From assembly GCA_963675755.2 (NCBI GenBank), contig CAXXMD010000003.1:1888001-1952000 (forward strand): a DNA stretch of 64,000 nucleotides, read 5' to 3'. A model generated the notes under the pieces. It was not told the origin of the DNA. It ran no database searches and saw only the letters and a list, made by a program, of their open reading frames with translations. Of the stretch, positions 41,005 through 49,795 are shown piece by piece (the first letter of the stretch is position 1; each line of letters opens with the position of its first letter). Origin of the DNA: a bacterium. Its GTDB lineage: Bacteria > Zhuqueibacterota > Zhuqueibacteria > Residuimicrobiales > Krinioviventaceae. Both the position numbers and the translations under genes were made by a program.

Positions 41005-43550
41005 TGACTATCCTTTCCATTGAATTCAGCTTGTATAAAGAATAAAAATACATATGAAAGCATGTCCTTTTTTTCCTGCCATGAATAATATGCCTGATAT
41101 GAATCATATCTCCATAAATTATCATCTTCAAGAAAATTCAGCCAAACAATGCCAGTTGTCCAATCCATATGAAATTTGTTTTTAAATTGACGAGATAGCT
41201 TTACATCGCAACGACTATAATCACCCATTCTAGCCGAATTTATCGTTCCTTGTTGAATTCCAGTAATATCAAAATTGCTTAAATCCTTTATTGAATAATA
41301 TGATATAATGGGAGTAAATGGCTGACCACTAGCTAAAATTCCGGATATGGTCCAGTCCCATCCGCGATGGGTAGTTTGTACCATCATTTTTAATTCATGC
41401 TTTCGATGGAAAAATAGTGGAAAAGAAAGATCTTCATTAAAATTGGGGACTTTGTAATCTGAATCTGACCAGTGATAGCTGCACCAGGTTTTATAGGTTT
41501 TCCAGTTAAAAGACAGTGAAGCTATAATTCCACGACTGCTACCGCTGCCAGTCATAAACATTCCTTCATCTGCAACGGAAATATTTAGATTGTGGAAGGA
41601 TTTGTGGTAACCTTCAAGCTCAATATTAAATAAAGTGCTTGTGTATTTGACTCCACCGGAGCGGTTAACTGAGAATGAGGGTGATTGCGAAAAATTCCAC
41701 CAGGGCGTGTTGTCATTGAAATAAATTTCTCCATATTTTTCAAAAGTATATTGATGATAGTGTCCCCAATGCGCAAACAGGTTTAGATTATTCCATTTGA
41801 AATTTGCTGTAAAACGTGGTTCTGTACTGTATTCCTTGTTCTGTTCCAGCCGGTTGATACGAAAACCCGGCTCAAGATTAAGGCTTTTAAGCTGAAATTC
41901 AGTATGTACATAACCATTGACCATGGTCTGGATTTCTTCCGTGTCATAACTGCCGGTATTTGAATTAATATTGTAATAGGAGGGATCAATTTCATACATA
42001 CGAGTATGACTGAAATCAAGCTCGTGATTTTGTCTTTCCAGGCCTATATGGATAATCGAATTTGGTGTGAGTGCTAAAGAATTGTCCAGTTTTAAATTAT
42101 AGTAAACCCAATGATTTGTGTTTTCAAAAAACAAACCTCCCAGGTCGTAACTAAAGCCAAAGGGGAAAGGATCTATTCTTTTAAAATTTGATTGCAATTC
42201 AGAGTATGATGCCGTGAATCTGCTATTAAATATGGGAAAAAGTTTTTTATCTATTTTAAATCCCAGGGCTTTGTTATACCATTTATTATAATTCGAATTC
42301 GAGTAATACGATCCGTATGTATCGTTCCGATCCACATAGTCTCTGCTGTAATAGCCAGAGAGCTCAAAGTTTGTGAAAGTATCAGGTTTGTATTGCAATT
42401 TTGTATTAATATCATGGTATGTGTATGTAGGTGAAATATAAGATTGCGAATTTTTAGTCATGAAAGCATACAATTTGCCATAACTTTTTGGTTTCGAAAA
42501 ATCAATATACGACCTTCTCGCCGCCAGCGTCACCCCGATTTTGTCAGAAACCGGCACGCGTGCGTGCGCGTACATTTGCATGAAATCCACTCCCGCGCCG
42601 AGTTTGAGGGGCTTGCCAATGGCACTGTCCACATGGTACTGCATTACGCTGGAAAGGTGTCCTCCGTATTGCGCGGGATATCCGCTGAGGTGAAGTTCCA
42701 CAGAATCAATAGCGTCCGGGTGAAACGCACTCACCAGACCAAAAAAGTGGGTGGATTTATAGATGGGCATACCATCTAAAAGGACCAGGTTCTGGTCCGG
42801 AGTGCCGCCCATAACGTACAGTCCTTCGGGTTTTTCCTGAATGCCGCTGACACCCGGCATGAACTGGATGGCACGGTGAAGCTCGTTGGAGCCGGTAGAT
42901 GGAATGGCTTCCATCTGTTCCGGGGCGAATCTGATATAACCGGGAGAACCCTGTAGTTCCAAAAGAGGAGTCTTTTTGCCGGTAACCGTCAGCTCTCGCG
43001 TCATAATGGGATCATTGGCCAGGGGTACGCTGACCGGTGATGTCCCCCCCTGAACATCGGCTATCACCTCGCCTGGCTGATAACCGATGTAACTCACCGA
43101 TAAGGTACAAGGATCGGTAATATAGTTCGCGAGAGCAAAGTAACCCTGATCGTTGGCGGCAGTACCGTGGTCTGTGCCTTTGAGGGTAATGTTGGCAAAA
43201 GGCAGTCCCTGGCCATTTTCAGCGTCGTAAACATAACCTTTGATAATACGTTGATCGGACGGGTGTAACACAATACGTCCGTTTTTGATATGTCGAAAAG
43301 CGATTTGTGTATCTGTCAAGAGATGGTGCAGAGCTGAATCGATAGAGGCCCCCACATAGCAGCCGTTCACGGATTTGCCGTCAATTAAAGCATCGCTGAA
43401 AATAAACTGCACACCGGTTTTGGTGCTGATTTCTTGCAATGCCTGGCGTAGTGTAAGATCGCTGAATTGAAAGGTCAGCGAGTCGGGAGTTTGGGCAAAA
43501 GCTGTTACGCTGATGGTGAAAAATAGCAATATCGTATTCAGGTGTTTCAT
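41001..43550 (-). CDS. TonB-dependent transducer (STN + CarboxypepD_reg + plug + barrel), module B
   Basis: LRQALQEISTKTGVQFIF (STN), IKGYVYDAENGQGLPFANI, PGVS...LYVMGGTPDQNLVLLDG...HFFGLVSAF, YGGHLSS. Confidence 0.92.
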   Translation of the reverse strand: MKHLNTILLFFTISVTAFAQTPDSLTFQFSDLTLRQALQEISTKTGVQFIFSDALIDGKSVNGCYVGASIDSALHHLLTDTQIAFRHIKNGRIVLHPSDQRIIKGYVYDAENGQGLPFANITLKGTDHGTAANDQGYFALANYITDPCTLSVSYIGYQPGEVIADVQGGTSPVSVPLANDPIMTRELTVTGKKTPLLELQGSPGYIRFAPEQMEAIPSTGSNELHRAIQFMPGVSGIQEKPEGLYVMGGTPDQNLVLLDGMPIYKSTHFFGLVSAFHPDAIDSVELHLSGYPAQYGGHLSSVMQYHVDSAIGKPLKLGAGVDFMQMYAHARVPVSDKIGVTLAARRSYIDFSKPKSYGKLYAFMTKNSQSYISPTYTYHDINTKLQYKPDTFTNFELSGYYSRDYVDRNDTYGSYYSNSNYNKWYNKALGFKIDKKLFPIFNSRFTASYSELQSNFKRIDPFPFGFSYDLGGLFFENTNHWVYYNLKLDNSLALTPNSIIHIGLERQNHELDFSHTRMYEIDPSYYNINSNTGSYDTEEIQTMVNGYVHTEFQLKSLNLEPGFRINRLEQNKEYSTEPRFTANFKWNNLNLFAHWGHYHQYTFEKYGEIYFNDNTPWWNFSQSPSFSVNRSGGVKYTSTLFNIELEGYHKSFHNLNISVADEGMFMTGSGSSRGIIASLSFNWKTYKTWCSYHWSDSDYKVPNFNEDLSFPLFFHRKHELKMMVQTTHRGWDWTISGILASGQPFTPIISYYSIKDLSNFDITGIQQGTINSARMGDYSRCDVKLSRQFKNKFHMDWTTGIVWLNFLEDDNLWRYDSYQAYYSWQEKKDMLSYVFLFFIQAEFNGKDSQ

Positions 43551-43573
43551 TTATTTTCCCCTAATTGCTGATG
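42514..43573. repeat. 1060-bp direct repeat, copy B (TBDR 5' block plus fecR tail)
   Basis: Near-identical to 46030-47089 at a constant 3516-bp offset; 42967-43220 matches without mismatch. Confidence 0.95.
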
Positions 43574-43708
43574 AACTCGATAATAGCAGATAAAAGAATT
43601 TTCGGTTAAGTGTTGAGTAGATGGCCATATCTTGTAACCTGAAGTAATAATATATAAATTGTTATTAATCTTGTATATTAGAAATATAAATCCCAGATAA
43701 GTTAGCAT
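43547..43708 (-). CDS. Unannotated 53-aa ORF filling the spacer between the TBDR modules
   Basis: TAAGGAG SD 8 nt before ATG; MLTYLGFIFLIYKINNNLYIITSGYKIWPSTQHLTENSFICYYRVHQQLGENK; TGA overlaps the ATG of TBDR B. Confidence 0.4.
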   Translation of the reverse strand: MLTYLGFIFLIYKINNNLYIITSGYKIWPSTQHLTENSFICYYRVHQQLGENK

Positions 43709-43720
43709 TTTGTTGACTCC

Positions 43721-44536
43721 TTATTCATTTGCTTTTTTAAGATATATTGTATAACTGTCTGAATTTAGAGCGGTAAATATGCCATACCCATTATGAACGT
43801 TTGATTTAATCTCTTGTAACTTGTTGTCGATAATTTGTGTGCTGGTTATAAATGACAGATATTCCTCATTGACATTATAGACACTAAAATCAAGAGGTCC
43901 TTCCTTAGAGTTAAAAAACAAGAGATTATTGTATGTTTTAGATTGCATAGTCCAGAAATCGTCAAAAGAAGAATTTTCTAGCTCCCATGTGTTAGAGAAT
44001 GAGTAATGAGAACTATAGGTATTATCAAGAAATGTTATATAATGTGCTTTACTGTAACCAGGGGTTTCCCACTTGAATGTTACCTGGCAAGAATCCGAAT
44101 GATTGTCATAATAAGAACTATATAACCAAAGCGTATCTCTTGAAGCAAAAGTTATTTTTGGTTTACCTGGAACAATAGTTTCAGCTGTTGAAATTGTGTT
44201 GTTATATGAAACATGTAATTTAAATGTATCACCTGCTGTAACCATGAGGTCGTCATTTGGATAGTAATAATATCCTTTTTTCTCTGAATTGGCGATTAAT
44301 TTATACTGTTCCCTGTTTCTGGAGATGATAACATCTGCATCAGATATGGGTGTTTGTGCATCCTGATCAGTGTATGGGGCAGGTTTAGTAATTTTTATAT
44401 CATTAACAGGTTTATCTGCAACCAAGTATCCTTGGATTACGATTCCATCATTAGACGAAATGAGAGGGTTGTTTTTGTCTGTACATGAAAAGGATATAGC
44501 AAATATTATAATGAATAAAAGTTTAATTGCTTTCAT
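43721..44536 (-). CDS. DUF4249-family lipoprotein (module A)
   Basis: MKAIKLLFIIIFAISFSC lipobox, IVIQGYL, SNVHNGYGIFTA; paralog of 40189-41004. Confidence 0.82.
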   Translation of the reverse strand: MKAIKLLFIIIFAISFSCTDKNNPLISSNDGIVIQGYLVADKPVNDIKITKPAPYTDQDAQTPISDADVIISRNREQYKLIANSEKKGYYYYPNDDLMVTAGDTFKLHVSYNNTISTAETIVPGKPKITFASRDTLWLYSSYYDNHSDSCQVTFKWETPGYSKAHYITFLDNTYSSHYSFSNTWELENSSFDDFWTMQSKTYNNLLFFNSKEGPLDFSVYNVNEEYLSFITSTQIIDNKLQEIKSNVHNGYGIFTALNSDSYTIYLKKANE

Positions 44537-47066
44537 ACTTGTCACTTTCATTAAATTCTGTTTGAATAAAAAACATAAATACAAAGGGCATCATATTTTT
44601 GGTTTCCCACCATGAATAATAGCTGTCCAGATTGTTTTCTTCCCATGTATTGTTTTGCTCAAAAAAGTTTAACCAGTTAATGCCTACATTCCAGTCCATT
44701 TTTAATTTATTTGGGATATGTCGATAAAGTTTCAAATCAGCTCTAAAGTAATCATTAGACCAAAAGGATAAATAATCTCCATTTATATAGAATTTTGTAT
44801 TGGTTCCGTCATAGGTATCTATACGGAAAGTTGACGAAAAGGGCGTATATGGTTTTCCTGAGGCATAAATCCCGGATATAGCCAATTTCCAATTGTTATG
44901 TTTACCTTCAAGAACCATTTTCATTTCATGTTTTCTGAGATAATGGGCAGGTAAAGGATTCTCGTTATTAATTCCTGGAATTCTATGTTCTATATCTCTC
45001 CAATGATAAATAAACCATGTTTTGTATTGTTTGATACTATTGCAAATAGTTAAATTTAATCCTTTACTGGCTCCGCTCCCCGTCATAAACTCACCATTAA
45101 TCGAAACTGGAATATTTATATTGTGAAAAGTTTTGTAATAACCTTCAATTTGAAAACCAAAGTTATTTTTATTATATGAAACTCCTACATTCCTATGTAC
45201 CAAGAAACCAGGTGAATTAGAAAATAGCCAAAAAGGTGTATAACCACTGTAATAGTAATTCCCATATTTTTGATAAATGTTTTGGTGATAATGACCAAAG
45301 TGTGAATGGATTTTAAAATTATCTAGCTGATATTGTATTGTTATCCGGGGATTTTTTGATCGTCCTAAATTGGTTCTTGTTGTGTTGTAACGAAATCCTG
45401 GTTGAATTAAAAGATTGGTCAATGGACGATAGTTGAATTCTAAATAACTATTGTATATGTTGGGTCTGGTTGATATGCTATAACTTCCATTGTTTTCAAG
45501 ATTGAAATAATTTTCTGGATCAATTTCATATAATTTATTGTGTTCGAATAAAGTATAAAGTGATTGATATTGTGCACCGATGTAGAATTCAAATTTGGGT
45601 GAAATTATGAATTTGTTATTTATCTGTAGTTGTTTGGATTGTAATGTATTTAAATTTGTAAAATTTACAAATCCAAATATAGAAAGATCATTTTTTTTGT
45701 ATTCGGAATACGTACGGGTAAATGTTGATTTGATTTGTGTTTCAATTTTATCAGACCACTTATGATCCCATGTTAATCCTACTACTTTATTTCTCCATAT
45801 ATTGTTATCAGCATTGTTGTTATATGGCCCATAATCTGCAATCCTGTTTATATAATCACGGTTATCATAATAGGTGATTGAGATATTGTCGTTAGTAGTT
45901 GCATCAAGGTCTAATCTGGTTGTAATATCGTAAAAAATATAAAGAGGCCCGTTATTACTATTTACAGTTTTTGATATAAATCTGTAAACTTTGTCAAAAC
46001 CACGAGATTTTGTTACATCGCTAAACGTTCTTCTCGCCGCCAGCGTCACCCCGATTTTGTCAGACACCGGCACACGCGCATGTGCGTACATTTGCATGAA
46101 ATCCACTCCCGCGCCGAGTTTGAGGGGCTTGCCAATGGCACTGTCCACATGGTACTGCATGACGCTGGAAAGGTGTCCTCCGTATTGTGCGGGATATCCG
46201 CTGAGGTGCAGTTCCACAGAATCAATAGCGTCCGGGTGGAACGCACTCACCAGACCAAAAAAGTGGGTGGATTTGTAAATGGGCATACCATCTAAAAGGA
46301 CCAGGTTCTGGTCCGGGGTGCCGCCCATTACATACAGTCCTTCGGGTTTTTCCTGTATACCGCTGACACCCGGCATAAACTGAATAGCGCGATGCAGCTC
46401 GTTGGAGCCGGTAGAGGGAATGGCTTCCATCTGTTTCGGGGCGAATTTGATATAACCGGGAGAACCCTGGAGTTCCAAAAGGGGAGTCTTTTTGCCGGTA
46501 ACCGTCAGCTCTCGCGTCATAATGGGATCATTGGCCAGGGGTACGCTGACCGGTGATGTCCCCCCCTGAACATCGGCTATCACCTCGCCTGGCTGATAAC
46601 CGATGTAACTCACCGATAAGGTACAAGGATCGGTAATATAGTTCGCGAGAGCAAAGTAACCCTGATCGTTGGCGGCAGTACCGTGGTCTGTGCCTTTGAG
46701 GGTAATGTTGGCAAAAGGCAGTCCCTGGCCATTTTCGGCGTCGTAAACATAACCTTTGATAATACGTTGGTCGGACGGGTGCAGCACAATCCGTCCGTTC
46801 TTGATATGTCGAAAAGCGATTTGTGTATCTGTCAAGAGATGGTGCAGAGTTGAATCGATAGAGGCCCCCACAAAGCAGCCGTTCACAGATTTACCGTCAA
46901 TTAAAGCATCGCTGAAAATAAACTGCACACCGGTTTTGGTGCTGATTTCTTGCAATGCCTGGCGCAGTGTAAGATCGCTGAATTGAAAGGTCAGCGAGTC
47001 AGGAGTTTGGGCAAAAGCTGTTACGCTGATAGTTAAAAATAGCAATATCGTATTCAGGTGTTTCAT
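44523..47066 (-). CDS. TonB-dependent transducer (STN + CarboxypepD_reg + plug + barrel), module A
   Basis: Same N-terminal domains as 41001-43550; divergent barrel. Confidence 0.92.
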   Translation of the reverse strand: MKHLNTILLFLTISVTAFAQTPDSLTFQFSDLTLRQALQEISTKTGVQFIFSDALIDGKSVNGCFVGASIDSTLHHLLTDTQIAFRHIKNGRIVLHPSDQRIIKGYVYDAENGQGLPFANITLKGTDHGTAANDQGYFALANYITDPCTLSVSYIGYQPGEVIADVQGGTSPVSVPLANDPIMTRELTVTGKKTPLLELQGSPGYIKFAPKQMEAIPSTGSNELHRAIQFMPGVSGIQEKPEGLYVMGGTPDQNLVLLDGMPIYKSTHFFGLVSAFHPDAIDSVELHLSGYPAQYGGHLSSVMQYHVDSAIGKPLKLGAGVDFMQMYAHARVPVSDKIGVTLAARRTFSDVTKSRGFDKVYRFISKTVNSNNGPLYIFYDITTRLDLDATTNDNISITYYDNRDYINRIADYGPYNNNADNNIWRNKVVGLTWDHKWSDKIETQIKSTFTRTYSEYKKNDLSIFGFVNFTNLNTLQSKQLQINNKFIISPKFEFYIGAQYQSLYTLFEHNKLYEIDPENYFNLENNGSYSISTRPNIYNSYLEFNYRPLTNLLIQPGFRYNTTRTNLGRSKNPRITIQYQLDNFKIHSHFGHYHQNIYQKYGNYYYSGYTPFWLFSNSPGFLVHRNVGVSYNKNNFGFQIEGYYKTFHNINIPVSINGEFMTGSGASKGLNLTICNSIKQYKTWFIYHWRDIEHRIPGINNENPLPAHYLRKHEMKMVLEGKHNNWKLAISGIYASGKPYTPFSSTFRIDTYDGTNTKFYINGDYLSFWSNDYFRADLKLYRHIPNKLKMDWNVGINWLNFFEQNNTWEENNLDSYYSWWETKNMMPFVFMFFIQTEFNESDKYESN

Positions 47067-47089
47067 TTATTTTCCCCTAGTTGCTGATG
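46030..47089. repeat. 1060-bp direct repeat, copy A
   Basis: Partner of 42514-43573; includes the last codons of fecR and the TBDR ribosome-binding region. Confidence 0.95.
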
Positions 47090-48039
47090 GTATACATTCC
47101 GGCTGCCTGATAGCAGCGAAGGTCAAGGGTTAGGCAGATTGTATCCAACACTTCGTCTATGGGCATATCCGTAAATGAGCCAGTGACCGTGAATGTATCT
47201 GCATTGATGTTTTCGGTTGTGATATACACATTGTATTGCCTTTCCAGCTCATCAATGATCTCGGAAAGGGCTGTTTGATTGAATACCAGTGATCCGCTGA
47301 GCCAATCCAGATAATCATCCATGTTGGCGTTGGGCTTGTATTGCGGTAGATTGCCGTTTTCCACAATGGCTGCTTGTCCTGCTTGCAGAACGAGTGTGGA
47401 ATCGGTTTCCATCCCGCTCAGGCTGACAGTACCCGATTCTACAGCAACACGGGTTTCGTTGTTACGGCTCCACACATTAAAGCGGGTGCCCAGCACCTGT
47501 ACCTCTGCGTTACCGGTTTGGATGATAAACGGTTTGGATGATTTTGTAACATTGAAAAACGCTTCGCCATCCAGTTCTACGCGGCGCTCGGTTTTGAATC
47601 GTTTGGGAAACGATAAGCTGCTGCCGGCATTGAGGGTGGCGGTAGAGCCGTCTGGCAATTGGACAGAGATTTGTTCTCCTTTGGCGGTTACAAGTGTACT
47701 GGTTTGGTATTGGGGTACAACTTGAAACAGAACCAGTAGCACGATAACAGCCAGGGCGCCGGCCCAGGCAAATCCACTGCGAAACCGGAACCAGGGAGCC
47801 GAACGTTCCGGGATGAATGTTGATGAGGACTCGGTGGATTTGATCTTTTGGGCAATGGATTGCCAACCCTGTTCCTTGGGGAATTCGAAAGTAGGTGTTT
47901 CAATATGCTGCCAGGTTTGCAAAAGAGAATCATAATCGGTTTTATTCTCTTTGGATTGCGCGCACCATCTTTCCACCTGTGTCGTTTCCCGTGTTGTGGT
48001 TTGGTTGGCGATATGTTTGACCAAAAGATCTGTTTTCAT
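47077..48039 (-). CDS. FecR-family anti-sigma factor
   Basis: N-terminal W...S.EN, transmembrane helix, LPDGS...LNAGS, R.V.LDGEAFF.V, VLGTRFNV, W..G.L.F....L..I...LER.Y. Confidence 0.93.
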   Translation of the reverse strand: MKTDLLVKHIANQTTTRETTQVERWCAQSKENKTDYDSLLQTWQHIETPTFEFPKEQGWQSIAQKIKSTESSSTFIPERSAPWFRFRSGFAWAGALAVIVLLVLFQVVPQYQTSTLVTAKGEQISVQLPDGSTATLNAGSSLSFPKRFKTERRVELDGEAFFNVTKSSKPFIIQTGNAEVQVLGTRFNVWSRNNETRVAVESGTVSLSGMETDSTLVLQAGQAAIVENGNLPQYKPNANMDDYLDWLSGSLVFNQTALSEIIDELERQYNVYITTENINADTFTVTGSFTDMPIDEVLDTICLTLDLRCYQAAGMYTISN

Positions 48040-48067
48040 AATGTTTTCCAAACTTTTTTCATAACAG

Positions 48068-48094
48068 AATACGTATGATTTGTTAATTACCCTA
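48068..48094 (-). promoter_or_regulatory. Putative ECF-sigma promoter upstream of fecR
   Basis: Minus strand TAGGG-TAATTAACAAATC-ATACGTATT; same motif and spacing as 48674-48700. Confidence 0.65.
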
Positions 48095-48098
48095 CCGT

Positions 48099-48626
48099 CT
48101 ATTCCAGAATATGTTTTCTCAGGTGTTTCAACGCATTGCTCATGCGTTTTTCAACTGTTTTTACCGAGACCTGACAGATTTGTGCAATCTCTTTATAGCT
48201 GAATCCATCAAACCGGGAGAGGTGAAAAACGAGAGCTTCTTTTTCAGGCAGTTGATGGATAGCGATTTTAACACGGGTTTGCAATTCGGGATTGTCCGCA
48301 TGCTCGGGCGAGTCCGGCAATATATCGCTGGTATGTGTTTTGCGCGTACTGCTTTTTCGGAAATGATCAATCAACCGATTATGTGCGGTTTTAAACATGT
48401 AGGCTTTGACCGACGCATCGGGATTAAGAGCTGCGCGTTTCTCCCAGATTTGCAGGAAAATATCCTGTACATAGTCGATGGCGGTTTCTCTATCTCCCAG
48501 GCGTGAAAAGATAAAGCGAAAGAGATCGTCCGTGTAGCGGTAATACAGGACTTGAAAGGCATCCATATCTCCATTACGGATCAGGCATACCAGCTGACGA
48601 TCGGTGCGTGTGTCCGGGGCTTTCAT
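48099..48626 (-). CDS. ECF RNA polymerase sigma-70 factor (FecI-like)
   Basis: GD..AF..LY..Y, DYVQDIFLQIW, AYMFKTAHNRLIDHFR, LPEK...F.LSRFDGFSYKEIA....SVKTVEKRMSNALK.LR. Start moved from 48734. Confidence 0.94.
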   Translation of the reverse strand: MKAPDTRTDRQLVCLIRNGDMDAFQVLYYRYTDDLFRFIFSRLGDRETAIDYVQDIFLQIWEKRAALNPDASVKAYMFKTAHNRLIDHFRKSSTRKTHTSDILPDSPEHADNPELQTRVKIAIHQLPEKEALVFHLSRFDGFSYKEIAQICQVSVKTVEKRMSNALKHLRKHILE

Positions 48627-48673
48627 ATAAATAGATTCCGGGATTTGTTGTTGTATGGGATTGATATTCTTAT

Positions 48674-48700
48674 AATACGTATTAATAGAGAAATCCCCTA
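48674..48700 (-). promoter_or_regulatory. Putative autoregulated ECF-sigma promoter
   Basis: Minus strand TAGGG-GATTTCTCTATTA-ATACGTATT. Confidence 0.65.
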
Positions 48701-48787
48701 ATGCTTTTCGAAAAATTCTTTTGCTATTATCCAAATTTTTCTTATTGTATAATTATAACCGTCCGTCATCTTTGTAAGGAGATAATC

Positions 48788-49723
48788 GTGGAAAAAATGG
48801 ATCGTCGTGATTTTATGATAAAATCTGCAATAGCAGGTGCGGCCATCAGTTTGGGATCAGTACAAACTGCAAGCGCTGCGCAATCCGGGGTGAAAATTGG
48901 TGTATTTTCCAAACATTTGCAATGGTTGAATTACAAGGATACCGCAGACGCAGTGGCCGAGATCGGCTGGGATGGCATCGAGTGCCCGGTCCGTCCAAAA
49001 GGCCATGTTCTGCCGGAGCGTGTAGCGGAAGACCTGCCGAAAATGGTAGAGGCTTTAAAGAACAATAACCTTGAAATGTTTATGGCTACGGTCAGCTTTC
49101 ATGACCTGGCGGAACCACATGCCAAATCCATTTTAACGACTTTGAAAAAAACAGGTGTCAAGCTGTATCGCATTGGCGGTTGGAAGTATGATCTGGACAA
49201 ACCCATACCGGATCAATTGACAAAAATTAGGGAACAATTGCAGGCTATTGCGGATATAAATAAAGAGCTTGGGCTTTGCGCGGCGTTCCAGAACCATTCA
49301 GGGACCCAATATGTAGGCGCCCCTTTGTGGGATTTGTATGACATGATCAAGGATATGGATACCAACGCAATTGGTTCTGCTTTTGATATTGGTCATTCAA
49401 CAGTAGAAGGTGGATATGTGTGGCCGGTGAATGCCCGATTGATGCGACCGTTAATGAAAATTGTGATTGTCAAAGATTTTACATGGGGTAAAGATGAAAA
49501 AGGTCGCTGGCGGGCTAACTGGGGTCCGCTTGGAGACGGCATGGTCAATAAAGACTTTTTTGCCATGTTGAAAGAAACCGGCTATAACGGATCTATCATT
49601 CAGCATTTTGAATGGAAAGTAGAAGGACGCACGGAAAAAGAAGTACAAAAGAACTCGCTCAAAGCCATGAAAAAAGACTGCGAGACGTTGAAATCCTGGT
49701 TGAGTGATGTAGGATTGAGATAA
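48788..49723 (+). CDS. Tat-exported sugar phosphate isomerase/epimerase-family (AP_endonuc_2 TIM barrel) protein
   Basis: GTG 48788 after AAGGAG (or ATG 48797), DRRDFMI Tat motif, VRPKGHV, QNHSG, FDIGH, VKDF, PLGDG, HFE. Confidence 0.88.
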   Translation: MEKMDRRDFMIKSAIAGAAISLGSVQTASAAQSGVKIGVFSKHLQWLNYKDTADAVAEIGWDGIECPVRPKGHVLPERVAEDLPKMVEALKNNNLEMFMATVSFHDLAEPHAKSILTTLKKTGVKLYRIGGWKYDLDKPIPDQLTKIREQLQAIADINKELGLCAAFQNHSGTQYVGAPLWDLYDMIKDMDTNAIGSAFDIGHSTVEGGYVWPVNARLMRPLMKIVIVKDFTWGKDEKGRWRANWGPLGDGMVNKDFFAMLKETGYNGSIIQHFEWKVEGRTEKEVQKNSLKAMKKDCETLKSWLSDVGLR

Positions 49724-49795
49724 ATTTTATACATTGTCTTGCTTATTGAAGTATAAATGCATAATTTAGATTTTATTATGTATGTTTGATTACAG

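Noticed and set aside
43044-43050. C7/G7 tract in both TBDR genes as a phase-variation switch
   Set aside because: Short, same length and in frame in both copies; no evidence of slippage.
43575-43635. Frameshifted YGIYSTLN resemblance to a DUF4249 C-terminus in the spacer
   Set aside because: Requires a frameshift and is too short to distinguish from chance.
42514-47089. Diversity-generating retroelement (TR/VR pair)
   Set aside because: The repeat is 1 kb at the 5' end, differences are mostly synonymous and not adenine-specific, and no reverse transcriptase is present.
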